Shown piece after piece: positions 51,406-60,900 of a stretch of 64,000 bases of DNA (the first letter of the stretch is position 1; the number at the start of each line of letters is the position of its first letter). The notes below the pieces were generated by a model that made no database searches, was not told the origin of the DNA, and saw nothing but the letters and a program-made list of their open reading frames with translations. Source of the stretch: Cyanophora paradoxa CCMP329 (Eukaryota; Plantae; Glaucophyta); assembly GCA_004431415.1 (NCBI GenBank), contig QPMI01000712.1, forward strand, positions 1 through 64,000, in the 5' to 3' direction. The position numbers and the translations under genes were made by a program.

Positions 51406-51789
51406 ATGGAACTCGAATTCGAAACGGTAGAGGAAGAGTTTAATCTCGAAGACTGCTGGCCTGGAAGAACTCACGAATCGCCTGATCATCTGATTTCGTT
51501 CGGCATTTACAAGGGCACATCGTTCCTGTGGATTGCCTCAGCGAAACCGGAATATACTAGCTGGTTGTTGCGACAGCCTTGGCTACCGACTTTTGATCGC
51601 GCTGCTTTTTTACGCGCACAAAGCGCAATAGAGCCGAAGTCGTTCCAGACGATTTGTCAACAGAATAAACGCGGTCCGCGGTCGCAGCTTCATATATCAA
51701 AACCTGATACGAATGATTCAATTCAACGAAAAGACGCATTAGATTTGCTCGAGTCGCTCCGGCGTTGTATTCGTCGAAAACGCAGTTGA
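51406..51789 (+). CDS. Small protein with FGxYKG...Y..WL motif (DUF3820 / ExoX C-terminal-like); 3' end uncertain
   Basis: ISFGIYKGTSFLWIASAKPEYTSWLL. Confidence 0.5.
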   Translation: MELEFETVEEEFNLEDCWPGRTHESPDHLISFGIYKGTSFLWIASAKPEYTSWLLRQPWLPTFDRAAFLRAQSAIEPKSFQTICQQNKRGPRSQLHISKPDTNDSIQRKDALDLLESLRRCIRRKRS

Positions 51790-52273
51790 ACTCTTTAACG
51801 TTTGAGAGAATTGATGAGAAACAGACGTACTCGCAATTCCTTCGAACTGTAGGGCTGATTCCACAAAGACGTTGAGTGGTTACAAAAAGGCTCATGTTAT
51901 AATGACGCCCACTAGTAAAAAGCTTTTGCATTAATCGGTCGCTGTGGACGTTCACAAGGTCATTATCGAGCAAATCATCTAGAACGATTGCAATCTTGCG
52001 CTCATCTTTCTTGCGTCGCCTTTCTTTTTGTTGCTCTAGAAGACTCTCAACCAAAACTGGATCCCATTCTTCGTGAATATTGTTTGAGCGAGTCGTGTCG
52101 TCCCACTGTTCTGTAAATGCTGTGGTACTAAATACGAAGATATCGTCTAGCTGCGGAGCTACTGCATTTAATACGTGTTTAACGTAGGTGCTTTTTCCCG
52201 AGTTGGTGGGGCCGACAAACAAGAACCGTTTAGGCAGTTTTATTTCTGTAGGATCAAACAGTTTGATATCCAT
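51557..52273 (-). CDS. A32/FtsK-like genome packaging ATPase
   Basis: Walker A GPTNSGKS, Walker B IVLDD, FTSGRHYNMSLFVTTQ, ISPTVRRN. Confidence 0.93.
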   Translation of the reverse strand: MDIKLFDPTEIKLPKRFLFVGPTNSGKSTYVKHVLNAVAPQLDDIFVFSTTAFTEQWDDTTRSNNIHEEWDPVLVESLLEQQKERRRKKDERKIAIVLDDLLDNDLVNVHSDRLMQKLFTSGRHYNMSLFVTTQRLCGISPTVRRNCEYVCFSSILSNVKEFNCVFDEYNAGATRANLMRLFVELNHSYQVLIYEAATADRVYSVDKSSGTTSALLRFVRVKKQRDQKSVAKAVATTS

Positions 52274-53501
52274 CTAGAAGTTACTTACCTTTAGAGTTGA
52301 CATTTGATACGAGTTAATTACGAGAACATTGTGGCGCAGGACGTGGAAGTCAACAACTGCTGGCGCTGCGTTTGTGCAGCCGGTCACAGTTAGCGAGCAG
52401 TAGCTGCTGCTGGAATTAAAGAAGTCTGTGTAGCCGAGGACAGCGTTATGCAGTGAGTCTTTGCCAGATTTCGAAAGCACAATCCATAGACATTTCCGTC
52501 CTCGAAGCCAAGGGCTGAATTGCCAGTGGTTGCACCGCGGTATTGAGTTGGAATGTGATAGCACGATGATACAAACCCAGAGATTGGCTTATTGCTGATG
52601 TCGAGAGTTCGGTTGTTGTGCATGATCTCAAACGAATCGATTTTCAGCGCATTTCCGTTGCCAGCAAATGAATTGTGATTGCGAGTGCCCAGGTGATTCG
52701 CATTACGCACTGTCATCAGGATCGCGTGCACAAGGCCGCTGACGTTGGCAAGGGAGATTTCGACTGCATTCCCCGCGTCGTCAGTCTTTAACTGCCTCGA
52801 GCGCTTTGAAATAATCTCGGTGAAAGGAATTCGAATACCACCGCTCTCGTTTGCAGATTTAAGCATAGACTCAGCCTCTTCGCTAGGGATATTCACGAAC
52901 TGGCAAACCAGGGCACAATCCGTTAGAGTTGCAACAGCACTAGCGACAGTTCCAACCACGCCAGCCGAACGGAAGTCAATTTCGACGGTTGGCATGTCAG
53001 CCAGTGCGAGCAGCGGGAAGTACGAATTGTCCAGAGCTGGGAGGGGATCTTTAGTACGTACTCGCGACTCGCATCGAGAATCTCAAGAGCCGCGTCCTTT
53101 CCAAAGCCGTAGCTGCTAGCAAAAGCCTGGGCGGACGCAACGCTATTATCAATGAGCGCGTTCACAGTGAGCCAGTCTCCAGGGATCACCATCTTGAAGG
53201 ATCCATGAACAAAGCGCACGTTTTCAATAAATGCACCAGCGCCATTAGGCAGCACCGAGGCGGCAGCTCCGCCAGCGACGCTGACCTTAAAGTATAGCGA
53301 GACACCGTTTAGAAGCTGCTTGCGCGGAAGGTCGAAAGCGGCAGTCTGCGCGAAGCCGTACGAGTTGCCTCGCGGACGGATCGTTTCAAGGAAAGGCTTG
53401 AACTTGGGGCTGACACCGACAGTGAGACCTGGGGATAAATAAAGTTCGCTTGAACCTTTGGTAGTGAGGAGCTCCTTTAGAGTTGTTCCTGCTTGCGCCA
53501 T
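52274..53501 (-). CDS. Major capsid protein (probable double jelly-roll), ~410 aa across two frameshifts
   Basis: Beta-rich; FAQTAAFDLPRKQLLNGVSLYF, AFIENVRF, YFPLLAL..PTVEIDF, ...VLRHNVLVI; abuts the ATPase gene. Confidence 0.75.
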
Positions 53502-53545
53502 TTGCTATTATAGACCAGAAAATTTTCATGCATATTGTTGTAAAG

Positions 53546-54441
53546 ATGAAGCTCCGCGTAAATGTCGATTCTAGGGACCGGTTCGAAGGCACGTCCTCGA
53601 ATTTCAAGATCAATCTCCCAAGGCCCCTCGTTAATGTAAAGTCGGTGCGAGTTGATTCGCTAGAACTGTTTCATAACATGTTCAACCTGTCCACACAAGC
53701 CGCAATTATCACCGGCACCCTTGATCCCTCTGGCGTTGAGAAAACACGTGCCAACACTTTCAAGCCCGGAGTCTATACGCCAACCTCCTTGCAAACTATC
53801 TAAGCACGCTTCTTAAAACCCAGCAGTATAGTTACGGCGGAACTACTTATCAGCGCAAGTTCGTCGTTCAGTTCGAAGAGATCTCAATGCGGCTTAGGTT
53901 CCTGTGTGAAGCGGACTTTATTTTGAGCTTCACATCGGCCGAACTATCGAACCTGCTCGGGTTTGCGAAGACTCTCAGTGACCTTTCCAGTGAGCTTGAC
54001 ACACCTGAGACAATCGATGGCGTACAATATTCGTACGAGCTGTTCAGCGATATGCCAGTTGATCTACTTTATCACACGTATTTGTTCCTGTACATTCAGC
54101 AGATCAAAGGCCCGATCTTGACACTTAACCCCTATACAACGGGCTCGATCGCAAAGATTCACATCGACTCAAAATTCGGGGAGCTCATCAAGTTCACATC
54201 TGAGGATCGTGTTCCCGTCACAGGCTTCGATCGAAACGCTGAGCTGTCTGAACTTGACATATCGCTGCGCTATCATAATGGAACAGACGCTGTCACAAAC
54301 ACAGAGTTCTCGTTCGTGCTAGAGTTCGATATCGAGGATGTCTCTTACACGTCTGCTGCTGCTAAATCCGCAATTAAGAATGCAGCCAGCGAGTACGTCC
54401 CTTCGACAGATCGTTCGCATAAGTTTTTTCCCACTGCTTAG
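53546..54441 (+). CDS. Minor capsid (penton-like) protein; one frameshift
   Basis: VNVDSRDR...SNFKINLPRPLVNVKSVRV, PGVYT, NLLGF, YLFLYI, LSELDISLRYHNG, EFSFVLEF. Confidence 0.8.
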
Positions 54442-54448
54442 TTAAAAG

Positions 54449-54856
54449 ATGCCTCCGCGAAAGAAGTCGACAGACATGCAGTCTCGGCTGCGCACTCCGC
54501 AGCTTGAAGTCGCTTCCAGCCCTACTAAGAAGAATCACATCGAGTTCTTGAGTGGTGATACTGGTGCTTACCCGCTAGTCCGTCGCGCTGGTGGCGGTGA
54601 GGGTGCATCCATCGATTACGCTCTTACCGCCGACGAGAACGCTATTCTTGATAAGATCCCGAATTCGCGGACTAAGAAGACCAAGACTAGCAAGCTAAAG
54701 GATACTGACGATGGGCCGCTGTACATCTCAGAGACGGCTAATCGTAGCAGGTATTTCATTAAAACTGTGACCGGTCTTAAGACAGTTTCAAAGAAGCGAG
54801 CTAGTGACCTTATAGCTGGCATCGCGGCTGAGACTAAGATGGAAACAAGATTTTAA
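54449..54856 (+). CDS. Hypothetical basic viral protein
   Basis: 135-aa ORF starting 7 bp after the mCP stop; K/R/S/T-rich. Confidence 0.5.
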   Translation: MPPRKKSTDMQSRLRTPQLEVASSPTKKNHIEFLSGDTGAYPLVRRAGGGEGASIDYALTADENAILDKIPNSRTKKTKTSKLKDTDDGPLYISETANRSRYFIKTVTGLKTVSKKRASDLIAGIAAETKMETRF

Positions 54857-55147
54857 ATGAACCGATCACGAAGACAAAGATCGAGAAGAAGGTTGCCCCT
54901 CCTGCAGCTGCTGTTCTGCCAAGACGATCGTTGCGATCCCTGAGGTCGATGAGAATGCTAGCGAGCTGCCTGTAGCTAACGCATCGATCTGCGCATCGCC
55001 TCTAGCAGTGCTGATCCTGTCGGGCCGGCGATCGAGTACAAGCCAATGCTGAGCGGCTTCACTAAGCTAGGGCTCCGGCATCGCTGGGAGTGACCGAGTG
55101 GCGCAGAGAAAGTCTTACCCGAAAAATGGTCGAATTACAGTAAGCTA

Positions 55148-55500
55148 GCATAAAAGTGAAGTATTAGTTTCTAAACTTCTATGCTGGCATAAAAGTGAAG
55201 TATTAGTTTCTAAACTTCTATGCTGGCATAAAAGTGAAATATTAGTTTCTAAACTTCTATGCTGGCAATGTCCAGAAGTATTAATATATATTAAGTAACT
55301 TCTGGGCAATGCCCAAAGGTAATATCTATTCTTTTAATACTTCTGGGCAATGCCCAAAGGTAATATCTATTCTTTTAATACTTCTGGGCAATGCCCATAG
55401 GTGATATCTATTCTTTTAATACTTCTGGGCAATGCCTATAGGTAATATCTATTCTTTTAATACTTCTGGGCAATGCCCATAGGTTATATCTATTTTTTAA
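55148..55500. repeat. AT-rich tandem arrays: 3 x 39 bp, then about 5 x 41 bp
   Basis: GCATAAAAGTGAAGTATTAGTTTCTAAACTTCTATGCTG at 55148, 55187, 55226; GCAATGCCCAAAGGTAATATCTATTCTTTTAATACTTCTGG at 55306, 55347, 55388, 55429, 55470. Confidence 0.95.
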
Positions 55501-55525
55501 AAAACTTCGAGGCATGTCCACAAGT

Positions 55526-55936
55526 ACTTTGGACAAATGTTCACGTCCAGAGGTCGCTAAGCGACTTTGGACAAAAGTTCACGTCCAAGATCCTCAACCC
55601 TGCTGGCACATCCCAACGCATGTTTTGCACAATCCAACCTCTAGTATAGCCTCGTTTGCACTATTGGAGATGTCTGCACGAGTTGCTAGCTGACTTGGGT
55701 GTCGTTCTGGAGTTCGTGACTTTGGACAAAAGTTCACGTCCAAGATCCTCAACCCTGCTGGCACATCCCAACGCATGTTTTGCACGATCCGACCTCTAGT
55801 ATAGCCTCGTTTGCACTATAGGAGACGCCTGCACGAATTGCTAGTTTACTTGGGTGGCGTTTTGGAGTTCGTGACTTTGGACAAAAGTTCACGTCCAAGG
55901 TCGCCTAGTGACTTTGGACAAAAGTTCACGTCCAAG
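55526..55936. repeat. Five copies of the dyad motif GACTTTGGACAAAAGTTCACGTCCAAG, including a 155-bp tandem duplication
   Basis: Copies at ~55526, 55563, 55718, 55873 and 55910; TTGGAC...GTCCAA arms. Confidence 0.9.
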
Positions 55937-55980
55937 ATCTCCAAGCTTCTAGGCAACCTCACTCATAGGTGTCAGATCGC

Positions 55981-56251
55981 TGATTCACAGACCGGCGCGT
56001 TTGGGGGCCCGCCTCAATTCACTGCTATATCGTTTTGCATTATCGATCGACCTAGACACCAGATACTACCTAGCGGTTGCTGGATGGAAGGGGAGGTAGA
56101 CCAGAGGGAGAGAAGGGCGGTAGACGTAGCGAGAGAGTGGGAAAGAATGAGGGCTGGGAAGGCGCTGGAGTGGGTGAGTGAGGGGTGGGTTTGGGGGTTG
56201 AGGGTGGCAAAGAGGGCGGGCCCACCCTGATGGGGGTACTCTCATTTTTTT
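55981..56251 (-). repeat. Right terminal inverted repeat of the virus
   Basis: Reverse complement of 44986-45286. Confidence 0.95.
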
Positions 56252-56340
56252 GCTGGGCACTGTACTCTTCCGTGCCCCAAGGATATATTGAGGACTACCT
56301 CTTTCATCTGTCCTCCGACCTGGCCGACCTCGGCTTTTGA
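56252..56340 (+). pseudogene. Tyrosine recombinase, 3' remainder with the putative catalytic Tyr
   Basis: Collapsing the TSD gives HGRWALYSSVPQGYIEDYLFHLSSDLADLGF* in frame. Confidence 0.88.
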
Positions 56341-56524
56341 GCCGGCGCCGCCGGCGCCTCTCTCACCCGCGGCCGGCCCCTACATAATGTTCACTAGGAG
56401 TGTGACACCATTGTAGCCCTGACTCTTTATAATACAATTTTGTCTCTTCGAACCCGCTTGGTCTGCGCGGCACCCTCAGAGACCTTCCCGACGCTCTTTC
56501 AACTGGCTGTGACCTGACTCTTGT

Positions 56525-57941
56525 TTGGTAGGGGTACAGCACTCGTGCGATGTTTTCACGCACAATCGCCACCCCGCGCCTCGGCGGCGGTACCCGGGAC
56601 CGCTTACCGGCCCGGGTAGAATCGCGTACCCCGCGCCGGGTACAGCATTCGCCCCGCCAGGCCCCGTCAGGCGTGGCTCGAGCTGAACGCGTACCCTGCT
56701 CAGGGGTACGCCAAAACCTCCGCCTCGGCCACGAGAATCCGGTACCCGCCGCACGGGTACGGGATTACTCAGCCTTACCGCCGCTCCGGTCCGGAGCAGG
56801 GGTAGCTTTCACCCGCCTCCGGAAGGAAGCGGCCGAAAGAGCATAAGGCGACCGCCCTGGTCGGTCGCCGACGTGTTATCCCCACGTTAGGTCTCGGGAA
56901 AGCAGCATCCAGCTGCCGTACCTTCAGGGCCACTCCGATGCGCTATACCGTGCATCCCTTTAGAATAGTCGTAGGCAAGTTAGGCTAGCTAGGCTTCTCT
57001 GATTCCGAATGAAGCGAGGCGTAAATCGGGGTTTGCGCAATTAAGCGTAAACCGAGTTTTGCGCCGACGGAATGAATAGAAGAGAAGCCAGAGCGCCAAC
57101 TGCCTACCTTAGCTAGAAGGACCGAGCGACCGGACCGGCCTAAGCGACGGGTCCGGGCCTCGAGCACGGTATAGCAGAATTCGAGTTCTGCACCGACTCC
57201 GGGGAGAACTCAGAATTTGATTCGGTCGCGCCCTGAGGCGAACGAAGGCCGGGGTACGGCCATTCCTTCGGCTGCCCTTCGGCATAACTTCGTCCTTGGT
57301 TGCCAGCTTGACCAGGCACCCAGCGGCGAAGCGAAATCGCTCCCGCCCTCCTCCCCGCGTTTTCACAATCGGCTGTTTGTGGATGCGACGGCTCTATCCT
57401 TTTCCAACGCGCTACGAGTATCCGTAGAATACTCTGGCAATCTTGGTAGGGGTACAGCACTCGTGCGATGTTTTCACGCACAATCGCCACCCGCGCCTCG
57501 GCGGCGGTACCGGACCGCTTACCGGCCCGGGTAGAATCGCGTACCCGCGCCGGGGTACAGCATTCGCCCCGCCAGGCCCCGTCAGGCGTGGCTCGAGCTG
57601 AACGCGTACCCTGCTCAGGGTACGCCAAAACCTCCGCCTCGGCCACGAGAATCCGGTACCCGCCGCACGGGTACGGGATACTCAGCCTTACCGCCGCTCC
57701 GGTCCGGAGCAGGGGTAAGCTTTCACCCGCCTCCGGAAGGAAGCGGCCGAAAGAGCATAAGGCGACCCGCCCTGGTCGGTCGCCGACGTGTTATCCCCAC
57801 GTTAGGTCTCGGGAAAGCAGCATCCAGCTGCCGTACCTTCAGGGCCACTCCCGATGCGCTATACCGTGCATCCCTTTAGAATAGTCGTAGGCAAGTTAGG
57901 CTAGCTAGGCTTCTCTGATTCCGAATGAAGCGAGGCGTAAA
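56525..57941 (+). repeat. 3' terminal B1-A2-spacer-B2 block of the YR element
   Basis: B1 56525-57025 matches B2 57443-57941; A2 57026-57340 matches A1. Confidence 0.93.
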
Positions 57942-60900
57942 GTACGCGCGCGACTCCTCTGCCTTCGTCGTAGTGATGTAGTTCATGATGTTAGTGAAGC
58001 GCGTGCGGCCTTCGTACGGGTCGACAGGCGCGCCGTGGGGGCCGTGACCAATGTAAATGTGGGGGATCTGACGAAGGAGGCTGTCGTTGTCCGGATCGCC
58101 CAGGGAGTGACGCAGGGGGAGGACGTCGACGATCTGTACCGCCCGGTAGGCTTCGCGGCTAGTGAACGTGATGGGCCGCCTCGTCGCCGCGTCGACGGTG
58201 GCGTGATTGTAAACGAATTGTTCCAACCAACCGTGGAGTAGCGCCCGCGCCTGCGGTTCGCGACTGAAGATGGCGGCGCCGAATTCATTGTAGAATGGAT
58301 CGAATGTGAAGTTGCCATATTCGGCGTGACGGAATTGCTCGTGTATGTCGGCGTATCGCTGTTCGAAATCCATAATAGCGTTGCGCACTGCGCTCGCGTT
58401 GACGTCATAGACACTGGACGATGCGGGTGTGACGGATCGTTCGTGGGATCGAAGTCAGCGCCCCGGACTTGGGCGTTGAGTGCGTTGATGACTCCATCCG
58501 GGAGTCGGAATGCTACGGGCCAGCAGTGTTTCGATCCATGTCGACATCTTCGCGAGCCGCCGGGGGTGTCTCGTGCTTGATCTGGACCGCCAACCAGTCG
58601 TTGGTTGCCTTGTGCAGTAGGGATTCGAAGGCTGTGATTAAATGTGCCGGGTCGACGCGTTCGCAGTCAGGGTACTCGACCTCGTACCATTTGTCGAGTT
58701 TGGCACTGCGCGCCACTTCGCCTGAAGCCGTGAAGCGGAAGTGCAGCTCATCCTCGTGGCTACGAACGTAGTCGATGATGATGTTCCCGAGTTCCCCCGG
58801 TAGGGGCTCGAGGAAGAACGACAAGGCACCGTGCAGCTTGACTGCCGCCGCCAGGTACGCTGCGATTCCGTACACCAAGTGTGTACCGAAAGCGGGAACC
58901 CCAGGACCTGGTGGACGACGGGGGGCGTTGCAGGCGCGGTGCCCGTGGGCCCGCGACGACGCAGAGACACGACGACGCCCCCAGGGCCAGTGTAGTCATT
59001 GACGGACACCGGGAAGTACTTGGGGTCGGGGCCGCACGGGTGCGGCCCGCCGCCTCGTTTGGGGGTTTCCTCGTGCCGCGATGATCTGCTGCCAGGTGTT
59101 CCGGTTGTTCGCGTCGAAGATAGTGATGTGCGAGCGGTTCTGGATCGCGTTGGGGGCACCGCGGCTGGGTCCGGCCGGTGCAACGTGCGTGAATCGGACG
59201 ATTCGAGGGCCGCACAGGTCAGCATTGGCCGGCGTAAGAGTCATGGGCGGCGCGTTGAGGTCGTCGGGCATGGCAATCTCGTAGAAGCATCGTTCGACAT
59301 CTTGACGTGAAGCGGAGTCACGAGGTGCGCGTGGTTGTCCTCGTCGTAGATGCAGTCGAAGTAGTCGCATACTTGTTGGCCGGGTGGAACTCGTCGGCGG
59401 CCGTGATCAGGAACGATCGGAAGGGCAGGCCCGCGCGGTTGTGCTGGCTGAGTTCGCCATGGCCGGGAGCACCGGCGCGGTACGGGTAGGTGCCGGGCCG
59501 ACGCCGTAGCGTAGGACACGACTGAGTGCTCGCGAGAAGTTCGACAGCGTACGTGCATCTTCATGAGGAATGGGCGCATGTACGGGACGCGCCGGAGAAA
59601 TGCCTCGAGACCAGAGTCGCCGAGTAGCACGTATGGCATGTGGACCTCACCTAGGACGTGCATGTACTTCTTTGTCGTGGTGGCGGGATGAACTGGGGGT
59701 GGGTCCCGAGTCGGGATTCCCTCCAGCTCTTCGACCGGCGGCGGCTCCGGGAGCTCCTCCGGTCTGTGCCCGTCCTCCACAGTGAGCTCCTCGGTCAGAT
59801 CAGCCGTCTGTCCGAACGGGGCTGGGCCTCCGAGGATGTGAGCCGCGACGGCGAAGATGTGGGGCGCGTGTCGCCCATGTTCCTGGATCGTTTTGCAGTA
59901 CGCTGTGGCCAGGAAGTCCGTGTTCGTGAAGAGAAGCGGTGTCATGAAGATGTGATAGGAGGTATCCCGTCCCGGATCAGTATCCAGAGGTAGGAAGTCA
60001 CCTCCAGCTCGCGTCTCCTCGGGGCTGTATGTGCGCATGCCGTACGGAGTGGGGGCGAGGATTGTGGAGACGGATTGGGTACCAGTCGTTGATCGTTTGG
60101 GCGAATAATTCCCCGTTGATATGATTGTTGCGCCGTCCAAAACCCGCATAGAACGTGTCGCGCTCGTTCTCCGTCGAATCAGGTCGCGGTTCCCGTCGGA
60201 CCATCACGCCGCTCAGATCCGGCACACTCCGTGCTGGTAGCCAGCGCCGTCGACGACCGTGAAGCCCTTCGCCCATTCCTCGTTGAGGAAGGCCCAGAAA
60301 TAGACGTCAGAATGTCAGCGTTCTCCGAGAGTAGCACCTCCTTGAAAGAACAGTGTGGAGTTCGCTCAAAATTCTGGAGATGATGGAGTCGACCTCCTCG
60401 GGAGTGAGCCGGGCGGCCTTGCGCTCCTTCTTCTGCAACTTCTCGTCATTCGGTCGCTTCTCGCGGGGGCGCTTGCGCTCTGTTCCGTAGACCATAGCGC
60501 GGCGCGAAGCCCCAAGTACGTGTTGGAGTTCCAGAAGTGTCCTTGCTCATGTCGTCGACAAGTCCAACGAGGGAATCCCAGTCAGGAACGCGAGGCAAGA
60601 TGTCGATGCCGTCCGACGTCCACTGTGTCAGGTATCCGTACTCGTCAACGTCGCGCTCAGGGGGCCGTGGGACCGGGACGGCGAGAGGTCGGTGACGGTA
60701 CCATCGGACTGGGGAGGACAGGGAGTAGGTGATCGCGGTAGCGCGGGTAAAGCATGCAGTAGAACAGATTCAATCGATGCTCGGCGTCCAGGAGGAAGGC
60801 CCGTGTTACCGCCAAGCGCTGGGTGGTCGTAGCCTTGCTAAGTGCAGTGTCGAGTCGAGCGACGAGGCCGAAAGCAAGCTTGCTCACAGTACGAGTGCTT

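Larger units (their letters stand above)
44986..56251. mobile_element. Endogenous Polinton-like / Maverick-related dsDNA virus, 11.27 kb
   Basis: TIRs at both ends; 6-bp TSD GCTGGG (44980-44985, 56252-56257); pPolB, rve-INT, ATPase, MCP and mCP; intronless and much lower GC than the flanks. Confidence 0.95.
30830..57941 (+). mobile_element. Tyrosine-recombinase retrotransposon with split direct repeats (Ngaro/PAT type), with a duplicated 5' part and the viral insertion
   Basis: A1 (30830-31144; again 36176-36490), ORF1, RT, RH, YR, then B1 (56525-57025), A2 (57026-57340), B2 (57443-57941). Confidence 0.92.

Noticed and set aside
55148-55936. CRISPR-like appearance of the spaced palindromic repeats
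   Set aside because: Units are tandem or separated by duplicated, irregular-length spacers; no cas genes; eukaryotic viral context.
36170-57950. Alternative join of the 57942 flank to the spacer at 36175 (RAYF|EQRGANP)
   Set aside because: In frame on paper, but the spacer reads as coding on the opposite strand and lacks the AAA core; the join to 30829 fits better. Not fully excluded.
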